Shown: positions 1-8,674 of the stretch, piece after piece
Numbering within the stretch: position 1 is the first letter of the stretch
How the letters are laid out: each line of letters begins with the position of its first letter
Translations under genes and position numbers: made by a program
The notes under the pieces: model-generated
Told to the model about the DNA's origin: nothing
The model's database searches: none
The model's input: the letters and a program-made list of their open reading frames with translations, nothing else
NCBI GenBank assembly: GCA_023380755.1
Contig: JAMCSD010000002.1
Location: 22,022-86,021, forward strand
Source: Patescibacteria group bacterium
Lineage (GTDB): Bacteria > Patescibacteriota > Microgenomatia > UBA12405
Direction of reading: 5' to 3'
DNA: 64,000 bases

Positions 1-279
1 GCTTTAGCTGACCGCAACCGACGGATTATTTTGACCTTATTGAAAAATCAGGGAAAAATGACAGTCAGTGAATTATTAAAAGAAATAAAATCGATTAGCC
101 AGCCAACTCTCTCCAGTCATCTCGCTGTACTAAAAAAGGCGAGATTAGTTGATTCACAAGTCGCCGGTAAATGGAGAAGATATTATCTTAAAGAGGAAAC
201 ACTAAACAATGTTATTAGTGAATTAAGTAAATTTATAGGAAACGGTAATCTAGCGGAGATTAAAGCAAGAAGAAGCTAA
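1..279 (+). CDS. ArsR/SmtB-family winged-helix transcriptional regulator (5' partial, frame open to window edge)
   Basis: Frame 1 is open from nt 1. The HTH segment reads TVSELLKEIKSISQPTLSSHLAVLKKARLV and is followed by the wing GKWRRYYL, typical of ArsR family. Confidence 0.8.
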   Translation, partial: ALADRNRRIILTLLKNQGKMTVSELLKEIKSISQPTLSSHLAVLKKARLVDSQVAGKWRRYYLKEETLNNVISELSKFIGNGNLAEIKARRS

Positions 280-321
280 AATTTAATTGACTATAGGTTA
301 ATCATCCATTAAATTACAGTA

Positions 322-1068
322 ATGGATGAACAAAAAAACCAATCAAGGATTTTTCGGACGAGTGAAGAATTAATTAGCATGTTTTTGGGATTGGCAATTG
401 TGTTAGTGGTGTTTTTATTGGTAGTTAATTTCTTTCAAAAAAAGAGAAGCGGGACAGTCGATGTTCCCGGGGTAAGTGATACCAGCTCTCAGCAACAAGT
501 GACACCGAGTCCGGTAAAGGTGACCAGCGGGGCGGTGGCTGCAGCTAAGGTATCTGCCAAGCCTACCCGGGCGGTAATACCGACGAAGGCTGTAGTACCA
601 ACAAAGAAAGTGGAAGTGACAAAAGCTCCGGAACCCACCAAAGCAGTGGTAAGTCCGAACCCGACGGTGAAACCGGAAAAGGAAGCCGTTCCGGGCGGCG
701 AGTCAAAAACATATGAGGTCAAAAAGGGCGATAGCCTCTGGAAAATCGCGACAGCCGAGTTGGGCTCCGGATATCGCTGGGTAGAAATTCAAAAGTTAAA
801 CAAGCTCCGGCAACCAGGACAGCTTGCAGTGGGGCAAAAGTTGACTTTACCAGCGGAAGAAAAGCAGCCGGTGATTACCCACAAAGCGGTTCCGAACCCG
901 ATTGAAGGAAACGAATACACCGTAGTCAAAGGTGATCATTTGTCCCGAATCGCTCTGAGGGCTTATGGTGACAGTTTCGCCTGGCCGCGGATTTATGAGG
1001 CCAACAAAAAATTAATCAGCAATCCGAATTTAATTTTCTCTGGCTGGAAGCTGACTATACCCAGATGA
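322..1068 (+). CDS. Membrane-anchored protein with two C-terminal LysM peptidoglycan-binding domains
   Basis: N-terminal TM helix (LISMFLGLAIVLVVFLLVVNFF). P/T/K/V-rich linker (PTKAVVPTKKVEVTKAPEPTKAVV). Two LysM repeats (YEVKKGDSLWKIA...GQKLTLP and YTVVKGDHLSRIA...GWKLTIP). Confidence 0.85.
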   Translation: MDEQKNQSRIFRTSEELISMFLGLAIVLVVFLLVVNFFQKKRSGTVDVPGVSDTSSQQQVTPSPVKVTSGAVAAAKVSAKPTRAVIPTKAVVPTKKVEVTKAPEPTKAVVSPNPTVKPEKEAVPGGESKTYEVKKGDSLWKIATAELGSGYRWVEIQKLNKLRQPGQLAVGQKLTLPAEEKQPVITHKAVPNPIEGNEYTVVKGDHLSRIALRAYGDSFAWPRIYEANKKLISNPNLIFSGWKLTIPR

Positions 1069-1081
1069 TAGAATAAGGCGC

Positions 1082-1155
1082 GCGGCTATAGTTTAGCGGT
1101 AAAACATATCCTTCCCAAGGATAGGTCGAGGGTTCAATTCCCTCTAGCCGCTCCA
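1082..1155 (+). tRNA. tRNA-Gly (anticodon CCC), CCA encoded, discriminator U
   Basis: Hand-folded cloverleaf. Acceptor GCGGCTA/TAGCCGC, D stem GTTT/AAAC, anticodon stem TATCC/GGATA with loop TTCCCAA, T arm GAGGG-TTCAATT-CCCTC, then T-CCA. Confidence 0.9.
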
Positions 1156-1176
1156 TATTCCATAAGGCAAGCAGTT

Positions 1177-1249
1177 GCCAGTGTAGCTCAGTTGGTAGAG
1201 CAGGGCTTTCGTAAAGCCAAGGTCGGGAGTCCGATTCTCCCCACTGGCT
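1177..1249 (+). tRNA. tRNA-Thr (anticodon CGU), no encoded CCA
   Basis: Acceptor GCCAGTG/CACTGGC, D arm GCTC-AGTTGGTA-GAGC, anticodon loop TTCGTAA, T arm GGGAG-TCCGATT-CTCCC (unusual C at position 55). Confidence 0.85.
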
Positions 1250-1313
1250 CAGGTAGGTGGGTGTTTGCCACCCACTATAAGATTTGGAAGAAATGTTACA
1301 ATTAAGGAAGTTT

Positions 1314-2036
1314 ATGGCTCAGTTTGTACGCAAAAGTCGCTTGGAAAGAAAAGCCGACGAACAAATAACCAAACGGACAATTGTTTTGGGGTTGGTGACG
1401 ATATTATTTTTAGTCTTTTTGGTGGTCTTGGGAATTCCGGCTTTAGTAAGGCTGGCGGTGTTTTTGGGTGATATGAAAAACAAGAATCAGCAAACAGTCA
1501 CCGATGTGACACTGCCGCCGTTAGCACCGCGATTATTTGTGCCCTTTGATGCCACCAATAGTGCCACAATTTCCGTTAACGGGACGGCTGAGGCGAAGAC
1601 CTCGGTGGAATTAATGAAAAATGATTCCTTTCTAGACAAAACTGATGTCACTGATAGTGGAGATTTTAATTTTGATAATGTGACCCTTGATAAAGGAGAA
1701 AATAAATTTACAGCGGTGGCGGTCAGCCCCAAGGGGGTTCGCAGTGAAGTGTCGAAAGATCTAGTAATTACCTATAACGATCAGCCTCCGAGTTTAACAA
1801 TGACGGCGCCCAACCAAGATTCCGTGACCGTTGATACAGCCGATTACGATATAACTGGCAAAAGTGATCCCGGGGTTAGCGTGACGGTTAATGGCCGGGT
1901 AGCCATGGTGGAGAATGATGGTAGTTTTAAGTTGAAAGTACAATTAAACCAGGGGAAGAATGATTTCGAAATAATTGCCACGGATAATGCCGGGAATCAG
2001 ACTAAAAAGACGGTCAGCGTGACCTACGATTTCTAA
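1314..2036 (+). CDS. Membrane-anchored extracellular protein with Ig-like beta-sandwich repeats (hypothetical)
   Basis: ORF 1284-2036. I prefer the ATG at 1314 because AAGGAA lies 4 nt upstream. One TM helix (IVLGLVTILFLVFLVVLGIPALV). Two repeats end in Ig-like motifs (KGENKFTAVAVSPKG and QGKNDFEIIATDNAGN). Confidence 0.5.
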   Translation: MAQFVRKSRLERKADEQITKRTIVLGLVTILFLVFLVVLGIPALVRLAVFLGDMKNKNQQTVTDVTLPPLAPRLFVPFDATNSATISVNGTAEAKTSVELMKNDSFLDKTDVTDSGDFNFDNVTLDKGENKFTAVAVSPKGVRSEVSKDLVITYNDQPPSLTMTAPNQDSVTVDTADYDITGKSDPGVSVTVNGRVAMVENDGSFKLKVQLNQGKNDFEIIATDNAGNQTKKTVSVTYDF

Positions 2037-3070
2037 AAGACAGCTAAGAGGAAGAGAATCGGCGCATAAAGAAGGGAGTTAGCGAAGAACGAGTGGACCA
2101 GGACAGCCCAAAAGAAAACACGATATTGCCAGGAGTGTGTTTTCAGATGAAGGATCCAGGCGGAAATGAAGAAAAACAAGCCGATGATTCCGGTAGTAGC
2201 CCAAATGGTAAGCAGGGAGTTATCGAATCCGGAGATAGAGTGGGAATAGGTGGGCTGATCGGTACGGATTAGGCTGAGACGGTTGTAACCATAACCGAAA
2301 ATCGGGGCAGTTTTGATAGTTTCTAGGGCAATCCGGTAATTTTCGACTTTGGCCAGGATAGTAGAAGTGCGACCGAGCCTGGTCCCCTCTCCGTAGGGTT
2401 TGGGAAGGAGGGTTATAGTAATTCCTAAGAGGATTAAGGTGCCAATAAAGAGGGATTTTTTCTTGATATTGAAGCTAGTGAAAGCTGCAGCCACAGCTAG
2501 AGAAAGCCAAGAGGCGCGGCTATAAGTTAGGGCCAAAGCGAGGTAGGTGGGGATTAGTAAGAGATAATTTTTTTGGAAATAGAGTGTAATTAACAAGAGT
2601 AAGAAAACCAAGGCGGTAAAAGTTGGATCAAAAAAGGTGCCGACGATACGATTGAGGTGCGGATCCCAATCCAAGGTACTGAAGTAAGTAAAATTGGGCC
2701 AAATAACGTACTGTAATAAGCCAAAAACGACGGTAGCCAGAAGAACGGTCAACAAGAGCTTTCGCGTCACTGGTGTGATGGTGGGCGGGAAAATGAAAAA
2801 TGTTAAAAGAGCAGTGAGGCGGATAAGATAGAAAAGAGGGGTCAGATACCAGTGAGTGGTAAATTCAATGAATAGTAAAACAAGCCAAGAATAGACTAAA
2901 AATAGGAAAAACCATCGGTTGTGTATTTTAAGTTTGCGCCGGGAAAGTAAGAAGAGAATATTAAAAATTGCCGCCAAGCAGACGGCAATGTCGAAAGAAA
3001 ATTTGGATAATTGCCCAAAATATAAGGTGACTATGGCCAGCCACAGGGTTATTTTTGCCAAAGTTGCCAT
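2033..3070 (-). CDS. O-antigen ligase/polymerase-like (Wzy_C-type) polytopic membrane protein
   Basis: About 10 predicted TM helices. The loop TYSRASWLSLAVAAAF resembles the Wzy_C/O-antigen ligase motif. Overlaps the upstream GT2 gene by 22 nt. Confidence 0.6.
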   Translation of the reverse strand: MATLAKITLWLAIVTLYFGQLSKFSFDIAVCLAAIFNILFLLSRRKLKIHNRWFFLFLVYSWLVLLFIEFTTHWYLTPLFYLIRLTALLTFFIFPPTITPVTRKLLLTVLLATVVFGLLQYVIWPNFTYFSTLDWDPHLNRIVGTFFDPTFTALVFLLLLITLYFQKNYLLLIPTYLALALTYSRASWLSLAVAAAFTSFNIKKKSLFIGTLILLGITITLLPKPYGEGTRLGRTSTILAKVENYRIALETIKTAPIFGYGYNRLSLIRTDQPTYSHSISGFDNSLLTIWATTGIIGLFFFISAWILHLKTHSWQYRVFFWAVLVHSFFANSLLYAPILFLLAVF

Positions 3071-3825
3071 AGTTTTGCCCTGACTAAAAACGAATGGAGG
3101 CTCATGGTGAGGGCCATAATGATGCCCGGGGTGCTATCGAGGAATCCCAAGCGGAAGATATAGTTTTGAAAGAATTTGCCCATTGGGTAAAAGATTATTT
3201 GAAAGAGGCTGGGAGGGGTGTGTTGACGGAAAAGTTCCTCCGCCCGGAGGTCGGAATAAAAGTTAATTTTGTTTAAAAAGGAATAAAGATCGGGGTGGGA
3301 AAAGTGGTGGAGCGTGTTATTAGTGATGAGGGGGGCAGATTTATCTTGCCAAATTTCGTGGACTTGGCCAATGAACTTACCCTGATGACGGTTAAACAGG
3401 CGGATAAGGCGGCACTGCCCGGTTTCGCCGTGCAATAGAATCCGACCGCCAAAGGTGTCCAGGCGACGGAAAGAGTAAGGCCGAAGGTCAGCCGGGTGAA
3501 AAGTATTGAGGAATTTAACCAGCTGCTGGTCGGGTTTTTCGTCAGGATCGAGCCAAATAATCCAATCATTACCCGCCTTCCCTACCCCGAACTGCCGTTG
3601 GGCAGAAAAGTCGTTATTCAATGGGTGTTCACAAATATTTAGTTTGGTAGCTTTGGGAAGCTTAAGGGATTTTAGGGCTTCAATAGTTTTGTCAGTGGAT
3701 TGATCGTCAACCACAATTATTTCGTTGAGGTTGGGGCACTCCCCCAGCCAATCGAGATTGTTTTTGATGTTTTCCGATTCGTTGTGGGTGAGAAGGAGGA
3801 GGGAGAGGTTAGTATTCGGGCTCAT
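3049..3825 (-). CDS. Glycosyltransferase family 2
   Basis: N-terminal GT-A signature LLLTHNESENI...IIVVDDQSTDKT and the acidic motif LDPDE. Confidence 0.8.
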   Translation of the reverse strand: MSPNTNLSLLLLTHNESENIKNNLDWLGECPNLNEIIVVDDQSTDKTIEALKSLKLPKATKLNICEHPLNNDFSAQRQFGVGKAGNDWIIWLDPDEKPDQQLVKFLNTFHPADLRPYSFRRLDTFGGRILLHGETGQCRLIRLFNRHQGKFIGQVHEIWQDKSAPLITNNTLHHFSHPDLYSFLNKINFYSDLRAEELFRQHTPPSLFQIIFYPMGKFFQNYIFRLGFLDSTPGIIMALTMSLHSFLVRAKLWQLWQK

Positions 3826-4909
3826 GCTTTATTTTACTTCCATATTTTAAAATTTGGTTTGTTGTGTATTCCCAATCAATAGTTGTAATTTTAAAAAATT
3901 TGATGCATTTTATTTCAGAAAGATTTTTTATAAGCTTATACTTTTCGAGCGTATTATTTGGCCATAATTTACCGTTAACATTATTTTTTATTATCTCAGG
4001 TGTGCCGCCACTGTTATTGCCAATTAGAAAACAATTTTCGTTTGCAGCTTCGAGGGTTGATAATCCAAACGGTTCATTTTGCTGATTAGCTATATAGAAC
4101 GTAGAATTTTTTAGAATCATTTTCTTCTCCAAGTCATCAATATTTTGCTTTATTATTATATTTTTGTTGTTTACTTGTCTTAAAAGGTGATCTCCCTCTA
4201 TATAGCTTCTTCCAATAATGATTAATTTTTCTTTTTTAAATTTGTTGAATATACTGATTAATTCTTCGAATCCTTTAATTTTTGATAAGAGTCCTATTGA
4301 CACATATGTGTGGTTGTTTGTTTTTGTTCGGGGTTGTTTTGTAATGTATTTTAATCCGGGGTAAATAACTTTTGCTTGCTTTTTGTAGACGGTTTTTATT
4401 ATATATTGGCTATATTTTGAGTTGCATATAATATTTTTTGCGTAACTACAATTGTTTAAATCAATGATTTTAATGGGATATCTGATTAACCTTGAGATTT
4501 TTTTATGGAGTGTATTGTGGTCGAAAGAGGTGCTTTCATAAAACTCTCGTTTCGGCTCGTGTAGTATATAAATTATCTTGTCTTTTTGCTTCAAAAACTT
4601 TAATAGATAAGGCGACTGTGTAATATAACAATGATGCAAAATAATTAGATCGAAACAAGACTTGTTAATAATGGCTGCCATAATCTTTTCTTTCTGACGG
4701 AGTTCAAAAATGGCTTGTAAAGTGAATGAGAATATGTTTTTCGTTTTATTTAAATGAAGTATATGAAGTTTTTTAAAGTATTTTGGATATTTCAAATCTT
4801 GAAAGCTAAACAATTCCAGTTCATTATCTTTACTTAAGTATCTGCTAGTTTCTAAAAAATAATTAAAAGCTCCACCTTGCGGTAAATTGTGAAATATACA
4901 AATTTTCAT
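3809..4909 (-). CDS. Glycosyltransferase family 4 (GT-B), encoded in a very AT-rich block
   Basis: C-terminal GT4 motif EPFGLSTLEAANENCFLIGNNSGGTPEII. The protein is Lys/Ile/Asn-rich, in line with sampled 60-nt lines at about 27-33% GC. Confidence 0.75.
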   Translation of the reverse strand: MKICIFHNLPQGGAFNYFLETSRYLSKDNELELFSFQDLKYPKYFKKLHILHLNKTKNIFSFTLQAIFELRQKEKIMAAIINKSCFDLIILHHCYITQSPYLLKFLKQKDKIIYILHEPKREFYESTSFDHNTLHKKISRLIRYPIKIIDLNNCSYAKNIICNSKYSQYIIKTVYKKQAKVIYPGLKYITKQPRTKTNNHTYVSIGLLSKIKGFEELISIFNKFKKEKLIIIGRSYIEGDHLLRQVNNKNIIIKQNIDDLEKKMILKNSTFYIANQQNEPFGLSTLEAANENCFLIGNNSGGTPEIIKNNVNGKLWPNNTLEKYKLIKNLSEIKCIKFFKITTIDWEYTTNQILKYGSKIKHEPEY

Positions 4910-4922
4910 ATTTGATTATTAT

Positions 4923-7436
4923 TTGACATTTATAAACTTATTGTATAGTTTTAAAGAGGTGAAGTATAGAATACTTGTGATTTTTATATGGGTTTGTGTG
5001 TTTTTTGTTAATTTTAGAGCTAAGAGTTTTGCAACAAACTTTTTTGATGATTTTGATACTAATGGGTTAGATAATAATGTTTGGGGTATTTTATATCAAA
5101 GTGAAGGTGCCAAGGTTACTGTGAATAATAGTATTTTAAGCCTAGATAGCTCAGATAATTATGCTCCGTTAGTTTTTAGCAAAAGTGAAGTTCAAATATT
5201 ACCGCAAGAGGATTATATTGCAAAATTTAAGTTTAGATACACACGCCTAGATGCAAGTGGTCAAGGTTTTGGAATTGGTTTTTTTAATAAGGATGGCCAC
5301 AATATTCAACAAGCTGCAATTTGGCAAGATGTTAATGATGGTTTGCAGGTTCTTTATGATAAAAGTTTTTCTAGTTTGACGTGTGATGAAATATCTAGTG
5401 GAGCTAGTTGGTACGGTGATATTCAGGTAAGGAGGTTTCCAGTTACAGATAGCTGGCATGTATTTGAAGTTGAGAAAGTAGGTAGCTCATTCAATTTATA
5501 TCTTGACCGGGAACAGAACACTAGTCCTGTTTTCTCATTCCAACAATTGTGTAATCCTAATCGTATTTCTTTAGGTAACATGCAGGTTGGTGGAGCGGGA
5601 ACATGGAATCCACTTCAGATTGATTATATTTCTATTGCTGCATCTAGCGAAGTAGAGACTCCCGAGCTGAGTCCGACACCGACAATAATTCCGACATCGA
5701 CTCCCCTGCCAACTCCGACTCCAACATTAGTCCCGTCCCCTACCCCCACCCCCAAAAAAGATAAGATAATTGTTATTCCCGGCCTGGGGGCGAGTTGGAA
5801 TACGGCAGCGATGGTGGGTAATGTCGATTTACCGAATGATCAATGGCATATTCTTTCGTTTGTGCATAATTACGATGGTTTAATGGCGACTTTGAAAAGA
5901 GAGGGTTATCAGGATACAGGTCCTAATCAAGATTTGTGGCTTTGGCCTTATGATTGGCGTGAAAGGATTACCGACATTACTGGGGAGTTAAATAACTTTA
6001 TTCAGCAGAATGTGGGAGCGGAAGAAAAGTTTGATCTGATTGGTCATAGCTTGGGTGGGTTAGTGGCGAGAATCTGGAGTCAAAATCACTCCGGAGATTC
6101 CAGGCTACAAAAAGTAATTACTTTGGGTTCGCCGCACCAGGGGACAATTAAGGCATATGAGGTCTGGGCTGGCGGAGAAGTGCCGAAGGATTGGGGATGG
6201 AAGGCGGTGGCTTTGAATGTTTTGCTAGAAATCCAAAAAGAAAGATTTTTGACAACCGTCAATGAGATCCGTAGTGTGGCGCCGGTGCTACAAGATATAA
6301 ATCCAACATTTACGTTTTTGAGGAAAAAGGGCGGTGAGATTGGATGGCAAAAAACGGTGGGAGCTAATAAATATTTAGATATCCAAAATTCATCTTTTAA
6401 TAAAGAGAAACTGAACACGGTGACCGCCGAGGGACTACCGACAAAAAGATGGATTATGGCCGAGGAGCCAAGTTTCATAGATAAATCTTTAATGAAATGG
6501 GCTGACGGGAAACCGATTTCTTATTTGGTGGAAGATGGTGATGGGACGGTTTTGTCTATCAGCGCCTCGGTAAGCGGAGTGCCGAATGTGGAAGTGGCGG
6601 CCAACCATGGGGGTATGGTGGACGCTTCGATACCTTATGTTTTGGATGTCTTAGGACTACCCAAGGTGGAAGCCACGACGTCGCCAAGCAGCACGATGGA
6701 TAATTCATTAGTGTATTTTATTGGTTCGCCGGCCTTCATTGAAGTGACATGTAATGATGGTGTTACCCACCATTCGGACATTGATGGGTATGTCGTGATC
6801 AGTAATAATGGTTTTTCCGAATGTAAAGTAGTAGTGGTAGGTACTGGGAGTGGTCAGTACCATTTGGTGGCGGGGAGTACCAATGATTATAATAGTTGGC
6901 GTTATTATAAGGGAGAAATAAGTACAGGGGAAAAGGAGGAATATTTGTTTGGCGTATCGCAAAGCTTGGTTAGCCAGAATAAAAATAGGGCTTTGACTTT
7001 TAATTTGATCGAGCAAGAGATTAAAAATCTGGGAAAAGCCTATCCTGGTAATGTCTGGCTGAAGAGAGCGTTAGAGATGACGAAGAAAAAACAAGTAGAA
7101 TCCTTATTGGAAATGGTCCTAAGGTTCAGGAATAATAGCCACGAATACCAAATCAGCAACCAGGTGATAGTTTATATTGCTGAGATACTGGCAAATGATT
7201 ATCAGGATAGCTCTCAGGGTTTGGCGAAGGCAGTTTTAAATGCAGCCAAAGTTAATAAGGACCGCTGGGGAAAGCAGGTCGGGAGCCGGAAAGTGCTTAG
7301 TGAATTCCAAATATCAAGTTTGAACCTATTATCAAACTACCTAGACCAAATGGAAGTTCTTTTTAAAGCCGGGAGGTATGGGGAAATTAAAGCCGATAGT
7401 ATTGTTATGGAAAAGTTAGTGAAAGAGGTTTGGTAG
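4923..7436 (+). CDS. Secreted multidomain protein: LamG/concanavalin-like domain, PT-rich linker, alpha/beta-hydrolase (PGAP1/LCAT-like lipase/esterase), helical C-terminal domain
   Basis: Signal/anchor YRILVIFIWVCVFFVNFRAKSFA. LamG-like beta-sandwich ending WHVFEVEKVGSSFNLYLD. Linker PELSPTPTIIPTSTPLPTPTPTLVPSPTPTP (nt about 5661-5754). Hydrolase motifs VIPGLGASWN, WPYDWR, nucleophile elbow GHSLGG and LGSPHQG. An alternative GTG start lies at 4959. Confidence 0.6.
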   Translation: MTFINLLYSFKEVKYRILVIFIWVCVFFVNFRAKSFATNFFDDFDTNGLDNNVWGILYQSEGAKVTVNNSILSLDSSDNYAPLVFSKSEVQILPQEDYIAKFKFRYTRLDASGQGFGIGFFNKDGHNIQQAAIWQDVNDGLQVLYDKSFSSLTCDEISSGASWYGDIQVRRFPVTDSWHVFEVEKVGSSFNLYLDREQNTSPVFSFQQLCNPNRISLGNMQVGGAGTWNPLQIDYISIAASSEVETPELSPTPTIIPTSTPLPTPTPTLVPSPTPTPKKDKIIVIPGLGASWNTAAMVGNVDLPNDQWHILSFVHNYDGLMATLKREGYQDTGPNQDLWLWPYDWRERITDITGELNNFIQQNVGAEEKFDLIGHSLGGLVARIWSQNHSGDSRLQKVITLGSPHQGTIKAYEVWAGGEVPKDWGWKAVALNVLLEIQKERFLTTVNEIRSVAPVLQDINPTFTFLRKKGGEIGWQKTVGANKYLDIQNSSFNKEKLNTVTAEGLPTKRWIMAEEPSFIDKSLMKWADGKPISYLVEDGDGTVLSISASVSGVPNVEVAANHGGMVDASIPYVLDVLGLPKVEATTSPSSTMDNSLVYFIGSPAFIEVTCNDGVTHHSDIDGYVVISNNGFSECKVVVVGTGSGQYHLVAGSTNDYNSWRYYKGEISTGEKEEYLFGVSQSLVSQNKNRALTFNLIEQEIKNLGKAYPGNVWLKRALEMTKKKQVESLLEMVLRFRNNSHEYQISNQVIVYIAEILANDYQDSSQGLAKAVLNAAKVNKDRWGKQVGSRKVLSEFQISSLNLLSNYLDQMEVLFKAGRYGEIKADSIVMEKLVKEVW

Positions 7437-7559
7437 AGAAATTATACACGATAAATAGGCAATTATTGGATTTTGACTTATATTAGCAGTTATAAAGTAA
7501 TAGTGCTAACTATATAAATAAGTATATATATTATTCTATATGTAGCTATCTGTATCTTT

Positions 7560-7931
7560 CTATGGCTTGAGGCGGCGGCCAGGTTGGGGCGAACGAGCCC
7601 GACGTTCCACAAAAAGAGAATGGTGTTCGCCGCCAGAGAAGAAGAGGGCGGTTTTGTTATTCGCCACATCGGTGCTAATCAGGCTAATTCGGGTGCTTTT
7701 GAGGTAGCGGATATCATTATCAGTATCCATTTCTCCAACGGTGACGTAACTAAGATTACCGGATGACCTTTTAACGTTTACCGTGACTCGGTTACTGTCA
7801 ATTTCAATAGGAACCTTGGCACCTTGATAAGCGATTAAGTGGCGACCCTGGGGCAGCTCGGTGGCTTTAATAGTGGTAAAGATACCGGTGGCAGAATCAA
7901 AAGACCTTTCGACGAGGTAGAATGGTGACAT
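7560..7931 (-). CDS. Hypothetical small protein (no family recognised)
   Basis: 123-codon ORF with normal composition and a basic C-terminal tail (RRARSPQPGRRLKP). I recognise no motif. Confidence 0.4.
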   Translation of the reverse strand: MSPFYLVERSFDSATGIFTTIKATELPQGRHLIAYQGAKVPIEIDSNRVTVNVKRSSGNLSYVTVGEMDTDNDIRYLKSTRISLISTDVANNKTALFFSGGEHHSLFVERRARSPQPGRRLKP

Positions 7932-7962
7932 AGCTTGTTAATTTGTAAAAGGGGCAGATGGG

Positions 7963-8036
7963 TGGTTGTTACAGGACTCGGACCTGTGACCTCATCGATG
8001 TGAACGATGCGCTCTAACCAACTGAGCTAAACAACC
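7963..8036 (-). tRNA. tRNA-Val (anticodon CAC), no encoded CCA
   Basis: Reverse complement is GGTTGTT-TA-GCTC-AGTTGGTTA-GAGC-G-CATCG-TTCACAT-CGATG-AGGTC-ACAGG-TCCGAGT-CCTGT-AACAACC-A. The T-loop again has C at position 55. Confidence 0.85.
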
Positions 8037-8083
8037 ATTTTGACCGATAGCAAATTATACCAAGACATATTAAACTTGAACGT

Positions 8084-8674
8084 ATGAAAGCAAGTTTGAA
8101 ATACCAGGAAGGTTTTGCTATAGGTTCATTGGTATTGGAGTTTGTCCAGTCGATAGTCTTAGCTTTATCGGTGTTTGTCCTTTTATACTTGTTTGTGGCT
8201 CAGCCAAATGAGGTCAAGGGAACGTCAATGGAGCCCAATTTTGAAAACGGTGAGTATCTTTTAACCGATAAATTGTCATACCAATTGGGAAAACCGCAAC
8301 GAGGCGATGTGGTGGTATTCAAGGCTCCCCCGTCGGAACCGTGTGCCGCTGATGAATGTGAATATATTAAAAGGATTATAGGTGTTCCGGGAGATAAGGT
8401 GATGGTTAAAGGCGGCCAGTACTTAAAGAATGGGCAGCAATTAAAAGAACCGTTTTTGCCAGCTGATTTTGTGACCGATCCGGGCAGTTTCGTAAAAGAA
8501 GGTGTTGAGGTGACAGTGCCGGGTGATTATTATCTTTGCTTTGGAGATAACCGGTCACACTCACGGGATGGCCGGGAGTTTGGAGTAATCAAGCGTGACA
8601 GTATCGTCGGGAAAGCTTTCTTTAAGTACTGGCCGCCAAGCTCGGTAGGTTTAGTACCGACGGTCAGATTTTAA
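8084..8674 (+). CDS. lepB: Signal peptidase I
   Basis: TM anchor followed by the catalytic Ser box GTSMEPNF, then RGDVVVFKAP, the Lys box YIKRIIGVPGD, and GDNRSHSRDGREFG. Confidence 0.9.
   Translation: MKASLKYQEGFAIGSLVLEFVQSIVLALSVFVLLYLFVAQPNEVKGTSMEPNFENGEYLLTDKLSYQLGKPQRGDVVVFKAPPSEPCAADECEYIKRIIGVPGDKVMVKGGQYLKNGQQLKEPFLPADFVTDPGSFVKEGVEVTVPGDYYLCFGDNRSHSRDGREFGVIKRDSIVGKAFFKYWPPSSVGLVPTVRF

Noticed and set aside
489-722. 77-codon minus-strand ORF inside the LysM gene
   Set aside because: It lies opposite the P/T/K/V-rich linker and is a low-complexity mirror frame (G/T/V-rich) with no start context. The plus-strand LysM protein explains the region.
1265-1471. 68-codon plus-strand ORF overlapping the 5' end of the Ig-like protein gene in another frame
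   Set aside because: It starts 16 nt after tRNA-Thr without an RBS, has no recognisable features, and is fully overlapped by the longer, better-supported frame.
5661-5754. PT-rich coding repeat (CCGAC/ACTCC-rich DNA), considered as a tandem repeat or contingency locus
   Set aside because: The repeat is degenerate at the DNA level, with no exact unit, and is in frame. It behaves as an ordinary low-complexity interdomain linker.
7437-7559. Very AT-rich convergent intergenic region (TATATA-rich), considered as a CRISPR leader, replication origin or integration scar
   Set aside because: I found no direct repeats, spacers, DnaA-box-like 9-mers or tRNA fragments. Only a weak 5-bp inverted repeat is present. 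It is most simply a terminator or spacer region between convergent genes.
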